DNA of 64,000 nucleotides, taken from NCBI RefSeq assembly GCF_018977255.1, contig NW_024704742.1:42224001-42288000 (forward strand), read 5' to 3'. The translations under genes were made by a program, and so were the position numbers. Below are positions 1 to 13,500 of the stretch, in pieces. Below the pieces are notes generated by a model that saw only the letters and a program-made list of their open reading frames with translations, searched no databases and was not told where the DNA came from. Source of the stretch: Callorhinchus milii. Lineage: Eukaryota. The stretch's first letter is position 1. Each line of letters starts with the position of its first letter.

Positions 1-1475
1 ACCCTGGGTGGCTGTTTCCCTTCCTGCACAGAGTCACTTTAGACTAACTAGTGTATCCCTATCACCATCGAGGCTGATAGCAGTTAACTCATCACAGACC
101 AGTAATCCAACATGAAATTTCCTGAACTTTGTGGCTCAATGTCACACCCGTCAATGCATTTGCACATCAAAAGACCCCATCTTCCCATAAGCATTTAAAG
201 ACAAACAGTTTTCCAGCACGCCTGATATTTTCTATTAAGCAAATCAATACACAACTCACTTTAATGCTTTTCATTAAAAGTGATTGCCCAGATATCCAGT
301 GTTTTCTTTTGCTGAATCCATTTGTTTTTACTCAGGAATATCCTGCTCCCAGTTCCGTGAGATGAAACAAAATGAATCATTTTTATGATGGAAAATTATT
401 ACACAGCTGTGTTTCTCCCCCCCCCCCCCCCAATCAATTAAACTTTTTATTTGTCACTCATTTTGATATCATCAAATCCCTTTCAAGTGAAGTCTATTCC
501 ACTGGGACTTCATAAGGAAATGGCGGCAATATTTTATTAGCTGAATAGCAGCATACTCCAAATGCCTTGGAAACCTCAGCAGAGAGTAGCAGTTACAAGC
601 TGCGGGTAACTGTGAATGAAGAGAGTCTAGACTCTCAAAATTGTATCATGGAGTGTTTTCCTTTGAGTTACGGGATCGTGTTGTAGCCGTGATCACACAT
701 GGAGCTGGTAACCTTGCAGAATGAAAAATAATCTGTGGTTATTCAACAACAGCAACTTGTATTAATAAAGTGCCCTTCATGGAGAATAATGTTTACAGTG
801 GTGGAAACAAATGACAAGCAGTGGGGAGGAGGAAAAGGGAGGTGACCATAGACATAGTCGAACAAATAGGTTTTAAAGCAGGACTTAAGACAGATAATAA
901 TAATAATAATGTATTTGATACTATATTATTCAGCTCAGGAGAATGCCTCAAAACACTTTACAGGATTTATTCTAAAGTGCAGTGACTGTATTTTTTAGGT
1001 GAACAGTCTTTTTTGTAGATAGAGAGGTAGGAGGATCAAGGGGTCGAAAGAGGGAGTTCGAGAAGTTAGGGGCATTTAATTGGAAAGCTGAGCCACTAAT
1101 GGTGGCGTGAAATGTACGGAAAGTCCAAGTTAGCCTAGTAGAGAGAGGAGAAAAGTGGCTCAGGAGGAGATTTTTCAGCAATAAATTGTAAACAAAAAAG
1201 CACGCCAGCTGAGTTCCTGGTGTGTGGCCATCAGTGAAAGCCCCTCACTGGGAGCTGGCCTTACTGCCTCATCTGAGATTGTTTGGCTGTAAAATACAGC
1301 ACGCAGGGCAGAGAACAACAGAAAAATAAGAAACAGATGCAAGGCTGGGAGTTTCCCACCTGGTTTGGGAACTCTTATTGAGAGGGAACACGGCAACTGA
1401 CGTGGCCAGGCAAGCGCCTGGCACCTTATTTGATCAGATTCAGTTAACCTTTTAATGTTCTCTTTGTCCTTTCAG

Positions 1476-1547
1476 AGACTTGAGCAACAACCACATCTCT
1501 GAAATCGCACCGGATGCTTTCCAGGGATTAAGGTCACTTAACTCTCT
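1476..1547 (+). CDS. slit2: slit2 exon (~11), LRR D2: [24 protein letters not shown]
   Basis: ttcag|AGAC...CTCT|gtaagt; 72 nt; phase 2-2; LRR consensus. Confidence 0.96.
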
Positions 1548-4500
1548 GTAAGTTACAAGCACATTTCAGGACAAGGTTTTAGTGTGGCTGTTTCAAGTAT
1601 GTCAGTGTCCTGTTACATGCCAACTTTTTTAAAAACAAAACTTGTTTGCTGTATGTTTCCCAATTCGTTTGTTGCTATAATCTGTCCAAATTTACTACAA
1701 CAAATTCTATACTGAAACTAAAGGCAGAGTCACAAGAGAGCTCCATAGAGGTTATTAGACAAAAGTGATCATTTTAATCCTGGGCGCCACTATATTTTTC
1801 CCTTAAAATTAGTCCGACCCGACCTTACTTGATGTGAACGTTTTGAATCCGGCAACCATGAGCAACAGAAAAATAAGTCAATGTAAATCAAAGACAGCGT
1901 GAAAATCTGGATCAATGGAAGCCTGTGAAGGGAGACTGTCCTCATAACCCACTGCACTCCTTAATGTTTCCTTATGACGTTACAGCAGTTCTACTCATTG
2001 CTCCCATGGCTAAACCCAAGAGAATTTCCCTGTGGAGACTTCAGGTCTCCAGCTATGACTTCATCAACATCACAGCCACCCTCACTAAGGAGAGTTGGTG
2101 CTTGAGGTTTGGGATATTGTTGCACATGCTCACATGAAAAAAAATCTGGTGGCAGTCCACTAGAGTATGATTTTTATTTCCTCTTTATAAATCTCTCTTT
2201 TTCTCTCTCCATCTCTCTTTCTAACTCCCCTCACAGTGTTATATATCCTATTGGTCTGTGCCCAGACCACCGCATTGATATTCTCAATAAGGCTAATAGC
2301 TTGTAGCATAGAACAGCTATTTTGATTCTTACCATTATTCCCTGCCCCCCCCCCCTCCAGTGTGGGAGAAAGTGCCAAACCCTGGGCTCGCTGGCTCAGA
2401 TATCAAACTTATTTGTGAGAGTGTTGCAGACAGGAACCTAGTTCATTGTTGCAGAGCAGGTTCAAGGCACCAGCACTAACATCTTGCATTTATATAGAGC
2501 CCTTCACACGGGTAGCGTCTTGCACCACATCACCCTCCAAGGTTGTTTGCACATCTGTGGACAGGCAGCTAGCTCATCCCTGACACTCATGTCCCAATCT
2601 GGCAACTGTCAATAAGCTTTTGTTTAAGTTGGACTGAACTTTTAACAATTGTTGTCTATCCATTTCCGCCAGTGTAGACACTCAGGGCTCCTTTAACCTG
2701 CTCCTTTGCCCTTGCTAACAACATGCTCTGCAGAATCGAACGTCATTTACACGATAGAAAAGCACGCTGAACTAACATGAACAGCTGTTGGACTAAAGAA
2801 CTGGTTGAAAATCTTGTGAAAACTTTTAAGACCACTGCAAAACAAACATAAGCATTATTTGAGGGACAGCTGGGAGAGATTCGAGTTGATGGAGCCAGAC
2901 TAACCAGATGAACACTGTTCACAGAATGTAACAAAATACTGCATTTGAACTAATTTGAAACTGTGATGGGAGGCTGGAAGGTATTCTGTAAGGATGAGAT
3001 GGGCTGAAAGGCTTTCTTCAACCAAACTAATCTTGTGATCCTGTGAAGTCCTTTCAGTGAAATAATGGTGCGTGTCCATGTTTGCCCTTATCTGGTAGTA
3101 CAGCTTGATGGATCTTACCTTGAGGATGGGATACTGATAAGTGTATTGAGGTGTCTCACTCTGCAGCTCCCTCTGCAGTGTTCTCAGAGCTACAGTCTGC
3201 TCATCAAGACCTTTATGTATTAACTATTTTCCATAATAGCTACACTCTGTCAATCTGGTCCAATAAAGCCACTTTAACTGGAAAGATCATTCAATTTCTT
3301 CCCCCTCAGCATTGTCCAGGACACTGGGAAATATTTTGTTTTGAAACCTTATGGTTCTGAATGTAGGTTTAAATGTAGGTTATTCTGATGCTGGATTATA
3401 GATGCATAATGAGCATGTTTGGCACATTCCAAGCAGGATATATCAAAGTTAATAGGGATATTTCAAAGAGAGATAGACAGATACTTGAGTAGTAGAGGTA
3501 TAAAGGGATATAGCAAAAGGGCAGGGCAATGGGATTAAAAGATCTGCTAAAATCTATTAAACTAGTGGAACAGTCTCAATGAGCCGAATGGCCTCCTCCT
3601 GTTCCTGTTTTCCTTTGCTCGTAACCCTGCACTGCTTTCTTTTCTGTGCCCTACCTGGAATATTTACAGAAATGTGACCAGTATGAATGCTACCCATCGC
3701 TATCCCACACTCCTTTGAACCCTTTTCTGCATGACTAGCTGTGTTCAGCTGATGGGCCATTATGCTTTCATCATTGAGAATGCAGACCTACCACGGGCCA
3801 CAGAGAGCCTTGGCTCAACTTCTGATGGGTTTCAACACTGAAAGCTCCACAATGGACAAAAAACGCTGATTCCAAGTTCCCTAAAGACATGTGGTTTTCA
3901 TATTAAAAAACAAAAATGTTTACTTACTACATTTTAAAGTAGAGTGGTACTGCTAGTAGTCCAGGATTGTTTTCATAGACATTACTGATGAAATCGCATT
4001 AATGAGACGGGGCTGTGGCGGATGCAGTCTGTGTTGCCTCTGTTTCCTTTACTGAAGTCTCACAGGGGACTACAAACGGACACTTTGATGTTCTGTGAAT
4101 GTTAATGTCATTGACACACACAGAAAGAAAAGCATGAACAACCCGAGGGAATCAATGCTGCCTTCGGTAACACTATTTATTTTTGTTCATTATTCATTGG
4201 CTGTAATTGGAAACAATATTCCCAACACATATCGGACAGGCTGTGCAAACCACTGTTTGTTTTTGAGAGAAGTGCCAAAGTGTGTAGGTTTCTGCTTACT
4301 TACCCTACGTCTTCCAATTAACTGGGTTCCGAAGCTCACTGCTTGACACAAGGGAGACTATCTAGTTCTCAGTGAGCGAATTAGTATTGAACATCCACCC
4401 CGAATCCCAGGAACTTTCAGGATGATTTCAACAAAACTATTCTGTCAAAACAAAATAAACAGTCAATCCATTTTACAGTTTCTTCTGTGAAGTGCTTTGA

Positions 4501-7500
4501 GACTTCTCAACAACATGATATCAAAACCGCTGTATCAAATGCAAGGATTATTATTATTTATTTGGTTTACACGCAGGCAGAGTTATTTTTTGCTTTTAAT
4601 TTTTTTCCTCTCCTGACCTCCACTGGGACACACACACACACCAGGCACCTCAGTCAAGCAAGTGCCCTTTGTTCACACAGGGAGTTTGGGCAGACTATTG
4701 GAGCGTGGATCGCATCACAACTGAACTTGACCTTGTCCTCACCAGGCGTGCACACACACACATGCGCGCATTCACACACGCACACACACCGCACCTTCAG
4801 CAAGTGTTGTTGTGCACAGTCAGGAGCAGGAACCTTGCGTAGATGTTTCCCACTTTTTAACCCAGAGGCATTGAGACAAGCTATCAATCCCATATGCTAC
4901 TTTTTCAGCTGAAATCATTTAACTCAGTACAGGTAGACTGGGAGGCTACTGGACTGTATGAATCTATTCTTCATTAAAACTGCAGAATAGACATGAATAT
5001 TCTTAGGGACTAAAATGTTATTTATTACAGCTAGGACTATTTTCTGTGAAATGCATAGTTGACTGGGCTATGATGCTTCATTTGCAAGAGACAATTTTAG
5101 CCCCATTACGCACTGATCACTAACTCTAGGAATTATTTTGTTAAGGGCTTATAATGCGATCAGAAATCTTAGGAGTCTGATTTCTGAGCCAGTTGAATTC
5201 GTAGTACTCCAAGGCACTGTTGATGAAAGACCAGCTTGCCTGGCTCATCATCAGTAATTGGAGGGGCAGACCAGTCACCAGGGACAGGGACTCTTCCCAG
5301 TCAGCTCCTGTTAACTCTGCAAGACAAATCCCTAACGGGTAGGATTGTCCAAGCTGAACAGCAGCAGGAAGCTTGCAATCAATAGCAAGCTACATGTTTT
5401 TAGCTGGTTAAACTCTACCAGTACCCTAGCACACACTCTGGAGTCCACAAGCCTTGCCAACCTGTGTTGAATGCTTTCTAGGATAAGATAAACTTCCCTC
5501 CAGGGAAAGAATGAGCACTCCATTCCAGGCAAAGGGAAATTTCCATGGATTTGTGGAGCTCTCAGTCTGGATTGGATATTCTCAAACACTGCAATGGATT
5601 TCTGTTTGTGTCAGATACACAATTGATCAGAAAACATTAAAATTATAAAACATTTAGAATTAATAAGTTGCAAGTGTGCATTGTGTTTGTAGAAAAGAAG
5701 CTGATCCTGTGTGAATGTTTTTTCCATTTGTCTGCTGACTGTGTTGTTCTGCTTTCTTTTCGCAGTGTGTTGTATGGGAACAAAATCACAGAGCTGCCCA
5801 AAGGCTTGTTCGAGGGTCTCTTCTCTCTGCAGTTGCTGTAAGTGTGCATTTTCTAACTCTTCAACATTAGGTTGAGAAAGAACATCACCAGGCACCTGAT
5901 ACTAGCTGCACCTTCACAAATTTGGACTTAAGGCATAGGGATAATTGTGCAAAGGAAATCCATCTAGCCCTGTACATGTACATTTTGTATGTGCAAATAG
6001 CTGTGTGGTTTTCATCATGAAAGGGATGAATTGCTCTCCTGGCTTCAATCTTGGCCTGCAGGCTCAGCACTGCAGATAGTGCAATACCCATGAATAATAT
6101 TAGACAGAGTTTAGAAGTAAAGAGCAGCTGGGCCTAGTTGGAGCAGATGGGGCAATCTCCAACATGTAAAATACAATCCTAATGTGATCAGCACAGACTA
6201 GGGACGTGCAGTGTTTCAGTTCTAAATTCAATCAGGATGGATTCAGCCTTTCCCCTAGCTCTTACCCCTGGCTGTGTGCATAGGAAGAAACAGTTAGTTA
6301 TCCATGTCACTTCTTGTGCACTGTGCAGGAAGCACAATAAGTCACATTACACCTGCTCAGTAGTTTGAAGTGACATCTGCAGTGACTCAAAAACCTGGGA
6401 GTCAGCTATTTTTCTGCACTTTGCTTATATGTGATCAGTGAGAAACTGGATGTACCTGATTGGGTTGTGACTAGGTGTGTCTATACTTGACTGACTGTTG
6501 ATTTAGTGCATATGTGTTTATTGAACCCGTGTTCAAATCCCTTCACTCTTTGGCACCTCCCCGATCTCCTCACTCCCCAATGCACCACACGCCCCACCAT
6601 CGGAGGAGGTGCTTTCAGCCACTATACCCCAAAACTCTGAAACACTCTCCCTCAATCCCTCCGCCTTGCCCCTTCTCTTCTCTTTTTCAAGTCCTGCCTA
6701 AAAATCTTCCTCTTAGACCATGCTTACGGCCACCTTCTTCCCCCCCATCCCACTGTTAAGCGCTCTGAGATGCTACCCTGTGTGGAGGGCACTATATAAG
6801 TGTAAGTTGTTGTTGTTCACTAATGCACTGCAATTCAATCCAAATCCAGTGTATGGATGGTTGTGAGTTAGAGTCCCATACTCAGACTTGAGGTCAGAAT
6901 CCATACGATTCCAATGCAGGAAGTGCCAATATATTGTTGAAAGTGCCTATCCTTTGGATGAGATGTTAATTTAAGATCCTGTTTGTCTGTTCATATGGAC
7001 ATTAAAGACCAGTTGTCCCTACAGTAATTGGAATAAAAAGGGAGATCTCACAATATCCAGACAAATTCAGCCCCCAAAATCTTATTACTTTCTGTTAGTG
7101 GAATGTTGCTGTTCCAGATCAGATGCCATGATTTTTTACACAACATCAGTCACTACACTTCAAAGGAATTGATTCTGTGGAGCCCTTTGAGATTTTCTGT
7201 CTGATAAAATGCTGTGTGAAATGTAAGTATTATTATACTTGTTAAACATCAAAGCCCTCCAAATCCAGTATAGATTAAATATGTTCTTTTAACTCAGTCA
7301 TTTCATGCTAATTAAATGCTATGAAATGCTTTGTCTCTTGTGTCGGGTGAGCCTCTCTCGGCGGAAACATTATTGATTAAGCTTTCAGGGAAATACGGGC
7401 TTGGGAATCAGACCACCGGAAACGTACCCCTTACCCGAAAGGAAGGAGAGGGTTTGCACCAGAAGCCTACAGAACAATGGGTGTGTCCTGTTGGGCATGT

Positions 7501-10500
7501 TGGTTTGGGGTTATAGCACTTTTGTTTCCACTGGATTTGTACAGTACAGACAAAGTGAGCGTGGAGAATTTATGGAATCCGCACTCTCATTCTCTGTGTC
7601 TCTTATGGTGGGTGAGCCTGTTGTGGAAGCTGTCATATTTGCTGACCTCGTCCCTGCTGGATGTCTTAGTTTGGACTCTGCCATGTGTGAACAATGTTGA
7701 TATGTTTATCACACACTGTCAAAGCAAGCAGCAGGAATGAAGATGGATCAGAAGCTGGGCCTGACTGGAAAGAAAATAGGATGTGTTTGCAGCATTATTA
7801 AAGGGCAGTGGCATTCTACGACAGATTATCTGGGAATTACTGGCTCCTCCACTTGCATGGAGAAATGAGCTGAGACAGTACCATTCATTTGGCTGATTTG
7901 CAGTATATAGTGCCAGGCAGGCACTCTCTATGAATGTGTGAAGCCAGTGATGTGTGGCAGGAATGAAGCTTAGAAAGCACACATCTCAGTGTAATGGAGT
8001 AGCTCAAAGGAACACTTTTGTGGCGTTAAGAAGTGGCCCGCTGAACACCCACAACAGCCCAGAGAAGTCCATGCCAAATCAATACCTTGTTTTCAGTAGC
8101 TCCCAAGTCATGATACCCGACCATAAATGAGGAAAAATTCAATAAAGAAAAATGTATTTGTTTGGCCGACCAAAAAGGTTGGCCACCACTGTTCTATAGC
8201 AAGACTCTTAATCCAGCAGTCTAAAATTTACATTTAATGCAAGCTTTACATAGGGTCTGACACTACCACATAAATTAGCCAGATAGTGAATGTTAGCAGA
8301 ATTCAGCCAGGAAGCATCACAGTGCTGTCTTCATCTAATGCCAACATATACAGTCTATGCACTTTCCACTGCATCAGGAGCAAGAACCCTAGCTGATTTT
8401 ATCCCTCTTTAAGCCTAGGGTTGCTGACAGCAACTATAATGTCCCTATTACTGTCTTGGCTGAGATCAACTAACCCAGACAAATGGGAGATCAATCCTGG
8501 GACTCTCTGAGGCTCAGTTTCACGGCAGCAGGGATGTTGCTAACTGAGGTGGCAGGGAAGTTGGGGGAAGAGTAGGGAAGTTTAAATTATAATAAAAAGA
8601 TTTGGAGGCAATTAAACGATACGTAAAATTCTGAGCGAATTTTAAAACCCGTTCTGTTTAAAGCATTAAAAGATTATTGGGCTCTGTTGAATCTTAGAGA
8701 ATGCCAGTCAGCAGAGGCCATTCTGATCTGCAGTGCACCTCAGTTTAGCAAGTCCTGAGGATTGGAATGACCAGGTGTTGTGCATGGAGTGAATGATTTA
8801 CTACAGATGTGGTGGCCCCATTAGCGAATTGTTCTCCCACAAAGAGATGCCAAACAAGCCTTCCCACAGGAGAATATGAAGCCCTGCAGGCAGCTCGTCT
8901 GTGCAAGCAGCTCCTGCTATTCCCTTTTGTTTGCAAAAAAAATTGCAGTGAAATTCAGAACACTCGGATACCTTTTCCAAATCCGTTCTCCTGAAATGGC
9001 TCATTCGTGCAGAGGGCTATTTGTAGTTTTGATGCAGACTGCCAGTAAAACGCTTTGGCTGCCGTGCTTTTCACTGGGATTTCCCGGGCATGATCTGAGA
9101 TGAGCTAGTATTACCTGGAGATTATAAATAAGTCGGCAATCTATCAGCGCATCTATCAGTTTGAGGGAAAATAAACTGAGCTCAAGATGCTACTTCAAAA
9201 AGATTTGATTATTTATTGTGGGGGAAAGATAAATGTTGGGGAGTTAGCACGAGGGTGGATTTTGTTAACCTCTAGAGAACATTTTGTATAGGAAACATTT
9301 CTCATATTCCTTACTCCATCTGCCTCCCAAAGGAACAGGACATGGTCTTCACGTCAGATCAGATTGTTAAGCCAGTGCTCATCCCAGCCTGGATCCTAGC
9401 CAAAAGGCCAAAAACAAATTTTCTATGCTATAGAAAAGATTTTTTTGCAGGCAACAGTTCTCACACAGGATGGGGGTGGGGGAAAGCAATAGATGCATCC
9501 TAGAGGATGTCTGATTTAGAAATCCTGGGTAATATGTGGTTTGAGGAACAGTATGCACGGATTTGCTGGTAAAGAGAAAATGAGAACGTCATGCTGAGAG
9601 TATGTTCCCTGGAACTCCTGAAGTCACTCACTGAATAAATCATGTGAGGACCATAAGAAACGAGCAGCACATGGGTTTGATTTGCATATTGTAACTCCCA
9701 TTAAATTAGCTTTGTGACTTCAATTCAACCCTCATTATTGGGGAGCACTGATAGACTCCAGTGACATTTCAGTTGGTATTAACTACATGAATGGTTTTAT
9801 GCAGTTAATCCATTTATGCAGTTAGTACCATGAGACCAGCACCACGACTTATGTCACTCAGTGAGGAGTAACAGAGTGCTTTCTCTTCAAAATGCAATTT
9901 TAATTTGCAGACTATCTGTTCAATTATCTTAGCTGTATGAGTGCTGGAGCTTGCTTGCCTAACGTGTCTTCTTAGTTCATATTAGTCTGGAATTGTCACT
10001 GTATGACATAGATCTTTTTCTGTATCAATTTAGATCAAACAGAATGATGATACTCTTCCATTTGATATAGCGCCTTTCATCTCAGGAGGACATGTCAAAG
10101 TATTTGCTGCAAAGTGTAGTAACTGTGTGGAGTCCTGTAGCTCAGTGGTTAGAGCACTCGCCTTGCAAGCGAGAAACCTGGGTTCAATTCCAGGCAGGGC
10201 GAAACTTTGGGCAAGTTTCCTTACTCCACACGCCTAATAATAATCCCTCCAAAACAAAACAATAATAAATTGGTAATTTTCAATCCACGACTGTGTGGGA
10301 CACTGCTGTGCGCAATTGGCTGCCGCGTTTCGCTCACAAATATACAGTCAATTCACTTGACAGTATATTCTGTGAAGAGCTTTGAGACGTCTAGAAGATG
10401 TGAAAAGTGCTATATCAAATGCAAGGATTATTATTATTATTTTATTGGCAGTTGTAGCAGCCAATTTGCACACTTGCACACAGCAACATCCCACAAATAG

Positions 10501-13500
10501 CCATGAAGTGAATGACCAATTTTATTGGGAGGGTTGTTGGTCTGGACACCAAGAGAAATTGCCTTCTCTCCCTTTTGAATAGTGTAATGGGATCCTTAAT
10601 GTCCAGTTGAAAAGACAGATGAGAATCTGATCCGAAATAATGAGATAATGGACATTTTAAAGAGTTTAGGTGACCTACAGCCTGTACAGGAAGGTAATCG
10701 AGGGGTATCAGTGCAGACTGAGCCTAAGGGTGCCTATCACACACTCCCTTGGTTTCAGCACTCAAGACTCTACCCCATTTGAAGGGAGCTATATAAATGC
10801 AAGTTTTTTTTGCTGTAAACCATTTGCAATACGCTTTTGCCATTTTACAGCCAGACCAGCAGGTGGAGTATTTTGTTGAAACAGCATGTTCTAGTAAGAG
10901 GGAGGTCCCAGTTAAATGTTGGCCAGACATGGAGCTCCATTGGCAGTGACCATGGAGAAGGAAATAAAAGGCAGTTCTGTAGGAACAAAGCCAGAGGGTT
11001 TTAAGAATATACATTTCAGGCAGAAAAATAACAGGATGTCAAAGAGCAGCAGGAACAGGCAAAGCACTTCCACCTGCAAAGGAGTTAAACTCTCTCCTTG
11101 GCAACAAACTTTATGGCTGTCTTAAGTGAGATTTTGCAAACCAAAACATCTTATAGTTTTGTACTGAGGTTGTATGTTTAGTGACAGGTACCTTTTTTTC
11201 CTGACAGGTTGCTGAATGCCAATAAAATAAACTGCCTGCGTGTGGATGCCTTTCAGGATCTCCATAACCTGAACCTTCTCTCTCTGTATGACAACAAGTT
11301 ACAAACTATTGCCAAAGGAACCTTTGCCCCTCTGCGAGCCATCCAGACTCTGTATGTATTCTCGGTTATTCATGAAGTGAATGATGCTAATTTGTTTTTC
11401 AATTTACTTACGTTTAGGGTCTGGGTTAGGGAGGGGGATACCAGCCAACATTCTTGTTGAACATCGCTCTCCAGTGGCTGTTGCTAGAAAGTTGCCTTGG
11501 GTGGACTCAGAAGGATAACCTGTGCTTTGATTTCCTTCCATGGTTGGACTGGACAGACTGTTGATATTCCATGTTCACATGTGATTTGGGACAGGAAGGT
11601 GGCCATTGCAAGTGGAACCGTACTGCAGCTTCAGTCACTCCCCATCTTGAGTCAAGACATATATCTTTGACAGCACTTCTTGTTATTTTTCCCCTCCTCA
11701 CCTCCTTTGGCTCACAACCTAAGTCAAGTGCTCAGCCAGCAGTGTCAAAGGCGTTGAGACATACTCCTGACAGGAAAGGCATTATATAAATTGTATTATT
11801 GGATTTAAATGTACTCACTCCTCCTGAAGAGGGATGGAAGAAAACTGGAGGAAATATAATTGAATTGAATTTCCCTGGGCCATGTCACTGTGTCTCATTC
11901 AGCACTCCAAGCAAGACAGCTCTTGCGCCATCCAGTAATGAGGTTCATGAGCAGCCATGGGAGCAAGTCGCTGTTCATGAATAGCATAGTGTGAATCATT
12001 GCGAGTGGAGACCCACATCCTGACTCAATTGTAATGGAGCACAGAGATACATTTAATTGGCGCAAGATGCGTTCAGCTAGGCCTAAGAAAATAAGTTTAG
12101 ACTCAGTGATGGATGTTTGGAACATACAGCCAGATGGGATTGGAGTCTCAAAAACATTAAAGACATTAAAACTGAAGCTGGATGCTGTATTTGGTGAGCT
12201 ATATTAGTAGAAGAATGAGTGTTAGTGGCTAAATGGCCTTTCATCGACTCTTAACATCGCTTATGTCTTTTATAGCAATTTACAGCACAGGAGACCATTT
12301 GACCCTTCAGGTCTGCACTTTGCCGAGGTCCTAGTGTTTGATCAAATGACATTATTTTAAGAATGAATAACTACAAATTAAATGCATACATCCCGAGACA
12401 TAACACCACTCCTCCACACTGAGCGCATTATCGGATTTCCTTCAGTTTCGTAAAGTCACTTGTTAAAAGGCTCATTTCCCATAGTTACCAGCAGTGCTCT
12501 GAAACCTGCTGCATCAGTGTATCTGATAAGCAAATGCTCTTCCAGCCAGAGCTTGCATTAAATAATTCAAGCATTGTCGTCTTGCCATGGCTCGTCAACC
12601 TGGGGGATTGGCCGTTTCAAAGTGGACACTCACAGTTACTGGGTCCGTTGCCAACTTGCACATTGTAGATTCTTAATGTTTCATCAGACTCCCAATAAAT
12701 GCATGTCAGCTGCAAATAGCAATCGTCAACATTGCCCAGATCCACCCGTTCCCAGTGAGTTACACCGGTTTCCTTTCAGGAGCCCCCAGCACTGCTGTTT
12801 CATATTTGTTCCAGCGTGCGCCTTATGTTCCTGGTTGACTTGACCCTGTGTCTACTTTATTTGCTTCTATTCCTCTCAAAAGGCATTTGGCGCAGAATCC
12901 GTTCATTTGTGACTGCCACTTGAAGTGGCTTGCCGACTACCTGCACGCAAACCCCATTGAAACCAGTGGTGCCCGCTGCACCAGCCCTCGCCGCCTGGCA
13001 AACAAGAGGATCGGGCAGATCAAAAGCAAGAAGTTCCGCTGCTCAGGTAATTGAATTCCGGCAACTTCGTTATTCTAGAAATGTGTGTTTTTTTTTAAAA
13101 AAAGAGCTCTCTTGGCATGCTGCTGATCTCACGTGGATTCTGAAAATGTGTCTGTTTTGCTGTTGAATTATTAAGGTTCTCAGCAGCTTTTCCCCTTTGT
13201 TTCTGACTCCGTGCTAACCATAGTAGGTCAGTCAAGTTCAATTTGACTTTGCCTTTTATTTTGCTGCTGTTGACAAGACAATAATGGAGTAATCTGTGGA
13301 TTTAATACAAAGTAAATTGTTTCTTTTTTTCTGGCCGCTAACATTCAGGTGCATCTCTTCTGTCTTTCTCTCTTTTGTTGTGTTTATAGCGAAAGAACAG
13401 TATTTCATTCCAGGTAGGTTTTCCTGCAGTGGGGCTGATGAGCTATGGATTTCCCTTAGGCTTTAGTGGAGTGTTGCATGCTGTAGTTGTGCAGTGAATC

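Noticed and set aside
10129..10201. tRNA-Ala(TGC)-like cloverleaf (also at 46172-46243)
   Set aside because: It continues directly into a repeated SINE body and (TTA)n tail, so it is a SINE head and not a tRNA gene.
13211..13232. GCTAAC-CATAG-TAG-GTCAGT: a possible 3-nt exon or recursive splice site
   Set aside because: The branch motif is too close to the AG and there is no intervening pyrimidine tract.
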